This document shows positions 1 to 9,259 of a stretch of DNA of 64,000 nt, piece after piece; positions within the stretch are counted from its first letter, which is position 1, and each line of letters begins with the position of its first letter. The stretch comes from Patescibacteria group bacterium (GTDB lineage: Bacteria; Patescibacteriota; Saccharimonadia; UBA4664; SCTI01): positions 160 through 64,159 of the forward strand of contig SCTI01000002.1 in assembly GCA_004297735.1 (NCBI GenBank), written 5' to 3'. The notes beneath the pieces are model-generated. The model worked only from the letters and a program-made list of their open reading frames with translations, was not told where the DNA came from and made no database searches. Both the position numbers and the translations under genes were made by a program.

Positions 1-154
1 CCCCCACCTTGGTTACCTGAGTTAAGTACAGCAAGGCTAAAACCGAGATCGCGGCAACCACTACTACGGTGGCCGAAACCGGACCAAGCTTCATGTCGGT
101 CTTGGTGCGGTAAAGATTTTGGTTGCGTCGCACAGCAAGTGTGGCGGTGCTCAT
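1..154 (-). CDS. Small single-TM membrane protein, partial at window edge; FtsL-like by position downstream of mraZ-rsmH
   Basis: Minus-strand ATG at 154-152 gives MSTATLAVRRNQNLYRTKTDMKLGPVSATVVVVAAISVLALLYL.. with one hydrophobic helix; dcw-cluster position after rsmH. Confidence 0.4.
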   Translation of the reverse strand, partial: MSTATLAVRRNQNLYRTKTDMKLGPVSATVVVVAAISVLALLYLTQVTKVG

Positions 155-343
155 AATTACTAATTTCCTGTTTATTTTTAAGTTTTAGTTTTTGGTTAAA
201 TCGTTTTTTGGTGCGGTTAGCGGCGCTCATCTCGTTTTTTGGTACACCGCTAACCGCGGCAAACTAGCGGCTATTTAGCGATCTAGCTTGCGAACTTGGA
301 TGCGTCGAGCACGCATGCTCTCTACTTTGATTGGAACTGACAT

Positions 344-1282
344 TCAGCCCTCCTTTTGGTTTTGGTTTATTTTCACTGCGGCTCGGAGTTTGGCGCTCCT
401 AGCACGCGGGTTAAAAGCATCTTCGGTACCGGCTACTGGTTTGGTGGTGAGCTTTTTAAGGCTGGCCACGTGGTCACAGGTGCAAACCGGCTGTTTTGGT
501 GGGCAGGTACAGTCTTTTGACTCGCGGTTAAAAAACTCTTTAACCAAGCCGTCTTCCAGCGAGTGAAAGCTAATGACCGCTATTCTGCCACCTGGCTTAA
601 GCAATCTAACTAGCTTTGGTAAAGCTTGCTCTAGCTGCTCTAGCTCTTGGTTGACGTGGATGCGCAAGGCCTGAAAGGTCTTGGTGGCAGGGTGAATCTT
701 GCTCGCTCCTCTACCGCCCACCGCTTGCTCAACAATTTTAGCTAGTTGAGTGGTGGTCGAAATCGGTCGTTGGCGTACTATCGCCGCCGCAATGCGACGT
801 GAGCGACGTTCACCGCCGTACTGGTAGATTAGATCGGCTAGATCTTTTTCTGACACCGCGTTAACCACGTCGGCCGCCGACGGCGACTGCGACTGGTCCA
901 TGCGCATGTCGAGCGGGGCTTCAGCCATAAAGCTAAATCCGCGCTCTGGGTTGTCAAGCTGTGGTGACGAAACCCCCAGATCCAACAAAACCATGTCGAC
1001 TAAACGACGATCATGTAACAGCTCTTCGGTAGCCGATAAATAATCGCGGCGCATAATCCGGACTCGATCATGGTTGTTAAATCGCTGCTGCAACGCGTGT
1101 ATAGCGCGATGATCGCGATCGGCCAAGATCAAGAAGCCGTCAGGAGCAATCCGCTCAGCAATTGCCGCAGCGTGACCGCCATATCCTGCCGTTCCGTCAA
1201 AGTACAGCTCACCTGGATTTGGATCCAGTAGCTTGACTGTTTGCTCTAAGAGCACCGGAACATGTTTGGCGACGTGGGTCAT
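344..1282 (-). CDS. rsmH: 16S rRNA (cytosine1402-N4)-methyltransferase RsmH (MraW)
   Basis: 312 aa; MTHVAKHVPVLLEQ..FDGTAGYGGHA..LLDLGVSSPQLD motifs typical of RsmH; follows mraZ. Confidence 0.9.
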   Translation of the reverse strand: MTHVAKHVPVLLEQTVKLLDPNPGELYFDGTAGYGGHAAAIAERIAPDGFLILADRDHRAIHALQQRFNNHDRVRIMRRDYLSATEELLHDRRLVDMVLLDLGVSSPQLDNPERGFSFMAEAPLDMRMDQSQSPSAADVVNAVSEKDLADLIYQYGGERRSRRIAAAIVRQRPISTTTQLAKIVEQAVGGRGASKIHPATKTFQALRIHVNQELEQLEQALPKLVRLLKPGGRIAVISFHSLEDGLVKEFFNRESKDCTCPPKQPVCTCDHVASLKKLTTKPVAGTEDAFNPRARSAKLRAAVKINQNQKEG

Positions 1283-1629
1283 TGGTATCTCGACTGTCCG
1301 TAGTTCGTGCTGGCTATCAGTTGGTGACGCGATAGCCTACGGCCAGAGTGGTTTTCAAGGTCACCTACTCAGTAGTCAGTGTTGTGTTTGAGATTTTTGT
1401 TTTTGTTGAGTGTGATGGCTATCGTATGAGCCATCGAGTTGTTGTGGTAAGGAACTGTCATAATTCCGTAAGAATTGTGGCACATTCCTTATAACGATTG
1501 TGTGAGGTGGAGTTGTTTGTTGCTAGGTGCCAGGATGTTTGAACGGATTCCTCGAACCGTCGTACTGACTACCAAGTAGCTAATCTTGAAGTTTTTGTTT
1601 TTGTTTTTAAAGGACGATGCCTGGTTAAG

Positions 1630-2031
1630 TTAGGTAGTTGAGGGAGTCTTGATGCGCCAGTAGCCTCCGGGCATTTTAGTGGCCACCACCTCTTTATTGC
1701 GATCAAAGCCGGCGTAACGGAGCAAATCCTGCTCTATTGTTATACGTCCCTGCTTTGAATCCATGGTGGTTTCCATCATGCCTTCGAGCAACTGATCGGC
1801 CATGTCGGCTAGCTCGCGATCAAAAACGATCGGAGTGGCTCCATTACCCTTCCACTGTCCACTGAGTGCGGTTTCCATTTCGTTGTTCCACACCGCCTCA
1901 CTGTACACATGTAGGTAGTTACCAAAGCCGCGAGTGATGATAACCTTACCGCTTTCAAATTCAGGGCGAAGTTCAGCTGGAATTGTCAGCCGATTTTTGT
2001 CGTCCAATTTGCGCTTAAAGTATCTCATCAA
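1630..2031 (-). CDS. mraZ: Transcriptional regulator MraZ
   Basis: 133 aa, two-repeat MraZ architecture (KLDDKNRLTIPAELR.. / KQGRITIEQDLLRYAG); first gene of dcw-type cluster. Confidence 0.8.
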   Translation of the reverse strand: MMRYFKRKLDDKNRLTIPAELRPEFESGKVIITRGFGNYLHVYSEAVWNNEMETALSGQWKGNGATPIVFDRELADMADQLLEGMMETTMDSKQGRITIEQDLLRYAGFDRNKEVVATKMPGGYWRIKTPSTT

Positions 2032-2089
2032 ACTCTTTCTGCCTCTCTTTCAACCCTCTATGTGCTACCTTGTGTAACCCATTGATTAG

Positions 2090-2145
2090 ATAATACTACC
2101 CACTGCTACCCACTGTCAACGATTTTCTCTATTATTTTACCCACT
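2090..2145 (-). promoter_or_regulatory. mraZ promoter with MraZ operator: three GTGGGTA direct repeats (minus-strand sense), two at 10-bp spacing inside the TTGACA-N18-TATTAT spacer
   Basis: plus-strand tacccac at 2096-2102, 2106-2112, 2138-2144; tgtcaa 2114-2119 and ataata 2090-2095 are the reverse complements of the -35/-10 boxes. Confidence 0.6.
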
Positions 2146-2159
2146 TTATGCATGAATAC

Positions 2160-2188
2160 AAAAAAGACCACCTAATCAGTGGTCTTTT
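2160..2188. terminator. Bidirectional intrinsic terminator (AAAAAAGACCAC-ctaatca-GTGGTCTTTT)
   Basis: Perfect 8-bp GC-containing stem flanked by A-tract and T-tract; lies 3' of the minus-strand ORF 2246-2539. Confidence 0.6.
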
Positions 2189-2245
2189 ACAATAATTGCT
2201 GGGGTTGGCGCATGTAGGGCTACTGCCCCACCTGCGCCGGAACGG

Positions 2246-2539
2246 CTACCCCAAGCGGCGCATCTCGTCGATCATGCCGTCGATCTCGCGAACGCGATTG
2301 CGTCGATGCCGACGCCCACCGTGGCGGACCGGAGGCTCGTGGAGACTCTTGGTCACCTCCTGCGGGCTGCATCCCCTCTCGCGAGCGATATAGCCGACAC
2401 GTAGCGCGGCCTGTTCGTAGCTGAGCCGATCGTCCACCGAAATCTCGTGCAGGGTCGGAACTGGGAAGCCCCACTCGATTAGGAGCCGTTTCGCATCCTG
2501 TTCCGAAAGCGTCTGATTCAAGTCAGGTGCAACTGTCAT
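2246..2539 (-). CDS. Hypothetical small protein, high-G+C autonomous mini-gene (98 aa from internal ATG with SD GGAGGT)
   Basis: ORF track 2246-2608; better start MTVAPDLNQ.. at 2539 preceded by GGAGGTCACGCCGT; own consensus promoter and terminator; G+C visibly above neighbours. Confidence 0.45.
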   Translation of the reverse strand: MTVAPDLNQTLSEQDAKRLLIEWGFPVPTLHEISVDDRLSYEQAALRVGYIARERGCSPQEVTKSLHEPPVRHGGRRHRRNRVREIDGMIDEMRRLG

Positions 2540-2577
2540 ACGGCGTGACCTCCGTGGTCGTTTGGGTACCGTTGCTG

Positions 2578-2612
2578 TGATTTTACAGATGTGAGCGTGT
2601 TTTGTCAATACT
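2578..2612 (-). promoter_or_regulatory. Consensus sigma70-like promoter TTGACA-N17-TAAAAT driving the 2246-2539 mini-gene
   Basis: minus-strand reading TATTGACAAAACACGCTCACATCTGTAAAATC; shares the ATTGACAAAA and CTGTAAAATC words with promoters at 19.9, 21.0 and 21.6 kb. Confidence 0.5.
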
Positions 2613-2647
2613 GTTAAACAAGTTTGACGAACAATATTAAATAATGA

Positions 2648-4036
2648 TTAAAACTTGTCGAGCTGAGCCTGAACTTCGTCCGCTAGCCCATCGATCTTAA
2701 CTCTCACCTGTTCCAAAGTATCGCGGTGACGAATGGTAACCGATTTGTCCTCTAGGGTGTCAAAATCAATCACAATACATAATGGCGTGCCAATCTCGTC
2801 CTGGCGGCGGTAGCGCTTGCCGATATTGCCGTTGTCGTCATACATAACCGCGCCGAACTGCTTTTTGAGGTCGGCGTAAACGTCCTTGGCAACCTTAACC
2901 AGCTCAGGCTTGTTGCGCAGCAGCGGCGATACCGCTACCTTTACCGGGGCTAATTGCGGCTTGAGCTTAAGCACGGTGCGGTCATTCTTGTCGTCCTGCC
3001 AGTAAGCGGCAGTCAGAATAGCCAGCACGGTTCGGTCCACCCCAAAGGTTGGCTCAATCACGTGCGGGATAAATCGCTGGTTGGTGGTTGGGTCGAGGTA
3101 GCCCACATCAACCCCACTGTGCTTGGCATGGTTGCTCAAATCAAAATCGGTGCGGTAAGCCAGGCCGTACAACTCCTTTACGCCAAACGGAAACTCAAAC
3201 TCAAAGTCGATCGTTTTTTTGGAGTAGTGAGCACGGTCAGCCTCGGGAACGTCCAGGTCGTGAATACTGGTCTTTGGCAGGCCAATCAGCTCCATCCAAT
3301 CGCGCATACGCTGCTCCCACTCGGCAAACTGCTGCTCCCACTCCCCTTCGGTCACAAAGTACTCAATCTCCATCTGTTCAAACTCGCGGGTACGGAAAAT
3401 GAAATCTTTAGGTGTGATTTCGTTACGAAAGGCCTTACCGATCTGCGCCAAACCAAACGGCAGCCGTGGATGAATACTATCCATAACGTTTTTAAAGTTT
3501 ACAAACATACCTTGAGCGGTCTCGGGGCGCATATAAACTTGGTTGGCGCTATCCTCGACCACCCCGGCCCGGGTCTCAAACATCAGATTGAACTGACGAG
3601 CGTCGCTCAGTTCGTTGCCCTCCGGGCTCTTGATGCCAAGCTCTTTAATCTTGGCGCTCATTTGGTCTAGCGTCATCCCAACTGGGTCAATATCATGCTC
3701 TTCCAGTAAATGATCCACGCGATAGCGTTTGCGGGTCTTCTTGTCCTCAACCAGTGGGTCGGCAAAGCCGGCGCCGGTGTGCCCACTGGCCTGCCAGACA
3801 CGAGCGTTCATTAAAATAGCGGCATCGACACCGTACATATCATCGCGACTATCAACAAAAAACTGCCACCACAGCTGTTTAATATTGTTTTTAAGCGCCA
3901 CTCCATAAGGACCATAATCCCAGGTACCAGCTAGACCGCCGTAAATTTCGGATCCCTGAAAAATAAAGCCACGTCGCTTGGCCAGCGAGACCAGTTCATC
4001 GATTGTAGGAGTTTGAGTGGTTTTTTTGTCGGCCAT
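2648..4036 (-). CDS. glyQS: Glycine--tRNA ligase (homodimeric alpha2 type)
   Basis: 462 aa; N-terminal FQGSEIYGGLAGTWDYGPYG and class II core typical of GlyRS. Confidence 0.9.
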   Translation of the reverse strand: MADKKTTQTPTIDELVSLAKRRGFIFQGSEIYGGLAGTWDYGPYGVALKNNIKQLWWQFFVDSRDDMYGVDAAILMNARVWQASGHTGAGFADPLVEDKKTRKRYRVDHLLEEHDIDPVGMTLDQMSAKIKELGIKSPEGNELSDARQFNLMFETRAGVVEDSANQVYMRPETAQGMFVNFKNVMDSIHPRLPFGLAQIGKAFRNEITPKDFIFRTREFEQMEIEYFVTEGEWEQQFAEWEQRMRDWMELIGLPKTSIHDLDVPEADRAHYSKKTIDFEFEFPFGVKELYGLAYRTDFDLSNHAKHSGVDVGYLDPTTNQRFIPHVIEPTFGVDRTVLAILTAAYWQDDKNDRTVLKLKPQLAPVKVAVSPLLRNKPELVKVAKDVYADLKKQFGAVMYDDNGNIGKRYRRQDEIGTPLCIVIDFDTLEDKSVTIRHRDTLEQVRVKIDGLADEVQAQLDKF

Positions 4037-4072
4037 AATGTGGCTTATTATAAGGCAAACCCGGTTAGCTGG

Positions 4073-4789
4073 CTACTCTAGCACCTGGGCGGCACGAAAC
4101 CGCTGACCAAAGGTGTGGTCGTAAAAGGCGTTGCAGGCCAGCATTGAATCAACCGCTAGATCGCTCACCGCCTCAATGCGCCGGATTGAACTCAGCGGGT
4201 TGGCCAACATCAATCGCCACAGCTTAATCTGGTCCTGGGTTAAGGGCAGATTGATTGAACCACAGCCGTCCCCAATTATGCCACCGTGCTCGACGCTCAA
4301 ACCATAATTACGGTGCGATTTTGCGCCATGACAGACAACACAGCCGTCCAGCTCCGGGCGGTAACCGAGTTGATCTAGCAAGCGCAGTTTAAACCACAGC
4401 TCGGTTACCGTGTCGGGGTTAGCCGGTATCTCCTTGAGCGTATCGTGCATCAAATCAAACAGCGCCGGGTGTTCCCCTTCGCCACTCAAGCGGTTGGTCA
4501 TCTCGGCAACCAAGTAGGCCAAGCGCATTGCATCGTAGTTATCACCAATCTTCAAATGCGACTGCAGTCGCGCCGAGGTGATAATATCGAGGTTCCGACC
4601 CTCGGTTAACATCAGATCCGATTCAGAGAACAGCTCTAGGTGTCCGGCCAGTTTGCTTTTAATCCGGCGCACCCCTTTGGCTACCGCGCGGATCACCCCC
4701 CGCTCCGGCGTAATTAGCACAATAATACGATCGGCCTCACCAAAGTTATGGCGGCCAATAATAATCCCTTTTGTCTGATAACTTGCCAT
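4073..4789 (-). CDS. recO: DNA repair protein RecO
   Basis: 238 aa; OB-fold N-terminus plus C-terminal Cys cluster (CVVCHG...CGS) as in RecO. Confidence 0.8.
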   Translation of the reverse strand: MASYQTKGIIIGRHNFGEADRIIVLITPERGVIRAVAKGVRRIKSKLAGHLELFSESDLMLTEGRNLDIITSARLQSHLKIGDNYDAMRLAYLVAEMTNRLSGEGEHPALFDLMHDTLKEIPANPDTVTELWFKLRLLDQLGYRPELDGCVVCHGAKSHRNYGLSVEHGGIIGDGCGSINLPLTQDQIKLWRLMLANPLSSIRRIEAVSDLAVDSMLACNAFYDHTFGQRFRAAQVLE

Positions 4790-4826
4790 GCCGTAAGTTT
4801 AGCAGGTATCTGGCGGACGCTTTGGT

Positions 4827-5213
4827 TTAAGCGGACGAGGTATTAAGCGCTACCATCACCTTTTTTACCACCTCATCCGGGGTATGGTGCGACTTAATTA
4901 GATAGTCGGTTACGCCCAGGGCTCGCGCCAGCTCTTGGTTCATGTCAACTTGAGCCTCACCAAGGTTGGTCAGCAAAATTACCGGTACGTTGCGCAATCC
5001 CGGCTTCTTTTTTATCTCTTTTAAAACGTGGAAGCCGTTCATTTTTGGCATCAAAATATCCAGTAAGATGATGTCGGGGGTGTAACCCTCTAATAAATTC
5101 AAGCACTCTTCGCCATTGGTAGCCACCACCACCTCATGACCCTCCATATCAAACTTGGCCTCATACATTTCAACCAGTACGCGATCATCTTCTGCCAACA
5201 TTATCTTTGCCAT
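4827..5213 (-). CDS. Single-domain response regulator (CheY-like receiver)
   Basis: MAKIMLAEDD...DIILLDILMPKMNG...K at expected positions; no output domain. Confidence 0.8.
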   Translation of the reverse strand: MAKIMLAEDDRVLVEMYEAKFDMEGHEVVVATNGEECLNLLEGYTPDIILLDILMPKMNGFHVLKEIKKKPGLRNVPVILLTNLGEAQVDMNQELARALGVTDYLIKSHHTPDEVVKKVMVALNTSSA

Positions 5214-5263
5214 TACTGTACCTCCATTCACTCGATTGGGCTTTGGTTCATCATTATACTACA

Positions 5264-7666
5264 CTACTGCAGCAGCGGAAGCTGCTTAGCAATTGGCAAG
5301 GTAAAGCTAAACCGACTGCCCTTGCCCTCACGGCTGCTAACCCAAATTTTACCACCATGTGATTCAACCAAATTCTTAACAATATAGAGTCCCAAGCCGG
5401 TACCGCCAGCCTGAACGCTCATTGGGTTGTAAATCCGGCCGAACTTCTGGAACAGACGCTCTAGGTGAGCCGGAGTGATGCCGACCCCTTCGTCTTTAAC
5501 GCTTATAACCAGCTCATTACCTTGAGCCTTAAAGTCGATTGAAACCTCGCTCTTAGGTAGAGAGTACTTAATGGCATTATCGACCAAGTTAACCAAAATC
5601 TGCCGCAACCTCACCTCGTCAGCCAACACCAGCGGCAGCTTGTGCTTGCGATTAATCTTTAGCATGATCTGGCGCTCAAATCCTTTGCTCGCCAGTTCGG
5701 CCACTACATCATTAATGAGCGGTTCAACCGCGGTTGGGGCAATTTTGAGCTTGATCTTGCCGCTTTCAATATAGCTAGCGTCCAGCAGATCTTCTACCAA
5801 ATGAATCATACGCTGGTTGGTCTGGTAGACCCTTTCCATAAAGTACAGTTGACGATCGGTTAATGGACCAAAATCCTTTTGCACCAACATACTCAAAAAC
5901 CCTTTAATCGCGGTTAATGGCGTGCGGAGTTCATGCGACACAATTGAGATAAAGTCGCTCTTAACCGCCTCTACCTCTTGCTCACGTTGAATGTTGCTAA
6001 TAATTACGATGCCGCTGGTCACGTTACCGCTGTCGTCAAAGATTGGCGAGCAGCTAATTTCGGTCCACAAAGCCTGGCCGTTCTTGGTCTCAATCAACTG
6101 CTGCCGCTTGGTAACAACCTCGCCTTCCTGTAGTACCTTCCGCAACGGTGTCAGCATCGCCATACTGGTACCTTCGGGAGTCATCGCCTTAACCACATCG
6201 TGGAACGACCGCCCAATCGCCTCCTGCATGGTAAAGCCGGTTAGCTTACTGGCGGCCGGGTTAAAACCAACCACCTTGGTATCACGGTCAAAGATCAGGA
6301 TCCCCTCTTCGGTAAAGGTAAACACCGCCTCCCATCGTTCACGGCGAGCGTTAACCTCGTTGTACAGCTCCCAGTTTTCAATGATCACCGCTAGCCGTGA
6401 GGCAACCAGTCGTAGCAGCTTGGCCTCGTGCGTGTTATAGGCCGAGTCTCGGTGGCTGACCTTGATCACGCCCAGGGCTTTAGAGTGGTAAGTGATCGGC
6501 ACGGTTAGCATGTGGCTTTTGGATATCGCCCCATCATCAATCTCTGGATTATAGGTTTGAGGTTTACGTCGCAAAAACGCCTCCACCACCGGATGATACG
6601 CCCCTAAATGCCACTGGCCGGCATGTTCATGAAAGTGCGTGCTGGTCGCCACCCGCTTAAGCAGCTGCGAATCGGGCTGATACAAGTAAATGCTGACGTT
6701 GGGCGACTCCAGCAGCTGGCTGATCATGGTTAAGTACTTTTTATAGATTTGATCAAAACGGAAACCAACAAAACCACTCAGTTCCGCCAGACTGGATAGC
6801 TCGCGTGAGTGCTTGTTAGCTAAGCGAGCCATCTTGTTGGTCTCAATCGTCTTTTCGACCAACGTGGTGACGTCTCTAGTGGTGATAATGGCGCCCTCGT
6901 ACCGATCGCCGCGAATTAACGGGCTAGCAACCAACTGTAAGTGCTGAATCTTCGACCCAAGATCGGCCTCGGCGTAAAAAGTGGTCTCCCGCCGCTGCTT
7001 AACCAGACCTAAAACCTTATTAATATCGGTATCAAAGCTCAAAAAGCTGGTTACTTCGGGTTGAGCCAAGGCCTCGGTGATTGGCTTGGCCGGCAGCACC
7101 TGGTTAATAATCTCGAACCGCGAACTAACCGTCGTGACCACATCATCGGCGTCAAGAATAATCATGCCAATACTGTGGTTTTGTTGAATCGCGCGCAGCT
7201 TTTCTTGCTCAGCGTACAGGTGGGTTTGGTCGCGAAGGTTGATAAGGACGCCCATAATGCCATCGTTAATGTCCCGATACGGACCCAGCACCGCCTCAAT
7301 TGAGGTGGAGCGATCATCGCAGGAGATTGACATGACCAAGCGCGATTCCTGGCCGGACAGAGCACGCTTAAGAGCTCCATCGGCGTTGTCGTAAGTCAGT
7401 GGCGTTTCGTCTGGGCTGCCGTTGGGCGACTCCACCAACCCCAGAAAGGTGCGGCCGTTAATCTGCTCTTCAGGCAAGCCAAGCAGACGTGCTGCGGCTG
7501 GATTACTGTAGGTGATTACCCCGTCTTGATCTAAACAAAGCAAGCCGTCACGCATACTCTCGCGCATTCGGTCCAACTCGTTTTTAACCTTGGCAGTGGC
7601 GACTTTGGCTGGTGCCGCCACAACCGGCTGCTGGTAGAAATTTGTGGTTCGCCGCGCCATCATCAC
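5264..7666 (-). CDS. Sensor histidine kinase with multiple PAS/GAF domains
   Basis: 800 aa; H-box [15 protein letters not shown] and HATPase_c G-boxes ([19 protein letters not shown]) at C-terminus; PAS-like repeats upstream. Confidence 0.85.
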   Translation of the reverse strand: MMMARRTTNFYQQPVVAAPAKVATAKVKNELDRMRESMRDGLLCLDQDGVITYSNPAAARLLGLPEEQINGRTFLGLVESPNGSPDETPLTYDNADGALKRALSGQESRLVMSISCDDRSTSIEAVLGPYRDINDGIMGVLINLRDQTHLYAEQEKLRAIQQNHSIGMIILDADDVVTTVSSRFEIINQVLPAKPITEALAQPEVTSFLSFDTDINKVLGLVKQRRETTFYAEADLGSKIQHLQLVASPLIRGDRYEGAIITTRDVTTLVEKTIETNKMARLANKHSRELSSLAELSGFVGFRFDQIYKKYLTMISQLLESPNVSIYLYQPDSQLLKRVATSTHFHEHAGQWHLGAYHPVVEAFLRRKPQTYNPEIDDGAISKSHMLTVPITYHSKALGVIKVSHRDSAYNTHEAKLLRLVASRLAVIIENWELYNEVNARRERWEAVFTFTEEGILIFDRDTKVVGFNPAASKLTGFTMQEAIGRSFHDVVKAMTPEGTSMAMLTPLRKVLQEGEVVTKRQQLIETKNGQALWTEISCSPIFDDSGNVTSGIVIISNIQREQEVEAVKSDFISIVSHELRTPLTAIKGFLSMLVQKDFGPLTDRQLYFMERVYQTNQRMIHLVEDLLDASYIESGKIKLKIAPTAVEPLINDVVAELASKGFERQIMLKINRKHKLPLVLADEVRLRQILVNLVDNAIKYSLPKSEVSIDFKAQGNELVISVKDEGVGITPAHLERLFQKFGRIYNPMSVQAGGTGLGLYIVKNLVESHGGKIWVSSREGKGSRFSFTLPIAKQLPLLQ

Positions 7667-7741
7667 CCTTGTTACTAGTACTTAAAGTACCATGATCCAC
7701 CAGATAGCCTCAAGCATAAGGGCTGTGTTCTGCTCAGTTAT

Positions 7742-8395
7742 CTACGGGTTGATTTTAGCGCCGGCAACGATGGTATTAAACTCGCCGACATACCTTTTAT
7801 CTTCGGTGATCAAAACGATGGTTTTGTCGCGCACCGGCACAATAATAACCACGCCTTCATGGCGCTGATCATCAATGGTCCCTTCAAGTTGGGTGGCGTC
7901 AATCCCCGAAACCTTGGTTCCCTTGCTAGTAACCTTTTTCTGCTTAATTAGGGTTTGATAGTCTTTAACCACATCGGCCTGGGACTGGCGCAGCAGCTTG
8001 AGGCGAAAAGCCTGGGTGTTGCGAGCATCCCGGTTGAGATTAATGGTCACCGTATCAGGGTTAGCGGCAAAATCAACTTGGGTTGGACCGGTGTTGTTAC
8101 GGCCGTAATAGGTGCTCCAGGTTTTGGGTATGGGCAGTACAAAGCCACCGTCTACCGCATCGGCGGTAAAGTTTTTAAATGGTAGTTCGTTAGCTTTGCG
8201 ATTTTCTTCAGCACTTTGCTGTTTTTGCTGTTCTCTAGCGCGCTGCGACTCAGCCTTAACTAAGGTGTTGAGATTACCACGAACATACTCATTGTCTCGG
8301 TAAGCTAGGACTGCTAGAACCCCAAAAACAACCATCCCAATGGCTAAGAAAATGGTAAGAATAAGATGGATGCTGATGCGTTTTTGTTCGTACAT
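7742..8395 (-). CDS. Hypothetical membrane-anchored protein
   Basis: 217 aa with N-terminal TM helix (ILTIFLAIGMVVFGVLAVLAY); no recognised domain. Confidence 0.5.
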   Translation of the reverse strand: MYEQKRISIHLILTIFLAIGMVVFGVLAVLAYRDNEYVRGNLNTLVKAESQRAREQQKQQSAEENRKANELPFKNFTADAVDGGFVLPIPKTWSTYYGRNNTGPTQVDFAANPDTVTINLNRDARNTQAFRLKLLRQSQADVVKDYQTLIKQKKVTSKGTKVSGIDATQLEGTIDDQRHEGVVIIVPVRDKTIVLITEDKRYVGEFNTIVAGAKINP

Positions 8396-8531
8396 TCTGG
8401 TTATGGTTATACCATGAAAAGATCTTTTGGAGCAAGGCTGGCCAATGCGGCCCTCTTTTTAAGTACTATTTTGAATTTAAGAAAATCTATAATATTCGCT
8501 GAATATTATATAAATTATCAAATTCGATAAA

Positions 8532-9008
8532 CTACCCTATTCGATACAAGTAGCTGTTGCGAGTTTTAGAGATCGGCTTGCGCGGCAGCTCAAACACATG
8601 ACAGACAACTCGGGTCGGTCGACTAAGCTCTGATTCGAGCTTAGCGTTTAGCTTGGCCATGTACCGATCAAGCAAAAAAGTGTAAATAACATCCGCTGGC
8701 GGCAAGGTAACCATCCAGTAATTTTGCAGCCTAACACTCACCTGCCGCCGATACGGCCAAGTCCGAGCGTACGACACCAACCACAGTAATGGATTCAGCT
8801 CATACCCAATAGCGTTAGCGCCTCGCCGCGCCGCGGCAATCAACACGGTTCCATCACCGGAGCCAAGATCAATTAAGGTCTCACCGGCCTGCAGTTCGGC
8901 TAGATCAAGTGCGCCCTCAAGCTCGCGTCGTTTAATTGGCAAGTATGGTGCGCCAAAAAAGGTTCCGGCCGCAAAGCACACCGCCAGTACAATCAGCAGC
9001 CACCACAT
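8532..9008 (-). CDS. Small class I SAM-dependent methyltransferase with N-terminal TM helix
   Basis: Motif I LIDLGSGDGTVLIAAARRGA; 158 aa. Confidence 0.6.
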   Translation of the reverse strand: MWWLLIVLAVCFAAGTFFGAPYLPIKRRELEGALDLAELQAGETLIDLGSGDGTVLIAAARRGANAIGYELNPLLWLVSYARTWPYRRQVSVRLQNYWMVTLPPADVIYTFLLDRYMAKLNAKLESELSRPTRVVCHVFELPRKPISKTRNSYLYRIG

Positions 9009-9259
9009 TACAGTAAGGTAGGAGGCTCACCGGCCCAGGCCGCTTCGGTTTCAGCTGGGGCAGCGGTATCAAAGCGCTGCTTGATCTTTTCAACCCGGTT
9101 CTCAACCTCGCCCAGCTCTTTCTTTAGCTCGCTGGCTAGCTCCATCCCCCGCTCAAACTTGGTTAAAGCAGCGTCTAGATCTACCTCGTCCGATTCAAAC
9201 CATTCGGTTATGGCCTCAAGCTCTTTTAATTTGGTTCCAAAATCTGGTTTTGCTGTCAC
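9008..9259 (-). CDS. xseB: Exodeoxyribonuclease VII small subunit
   Basis: 83 aa helical, FE..LEAITEWFE..DLD motif; overlaps xseA stop. Confidence 0.85.
   Translation of the reverse strand: MTAKPDFGTKLKELEAITEWFESDEVDLDAALTKFERGMELASELKKELGEVENRVEKIKQRFDTAAPAETEAAWAGEPPTLL

Noticed and set aside
1283-1629. TTGTGG direct repeats in the rsmH-mraZ spacer as a second MraZ operator
   Set aside because: The repeats are irregularly spaced and on the wrong side of mraZ. The convincing operator is upstream of mraZ at 2090-2145.
2954-3670. 238-aa plus-strand ORF inside glyS
   Set aside because: Antisense to a confidently identified GlyRS gene, with no RBS and no motifs.
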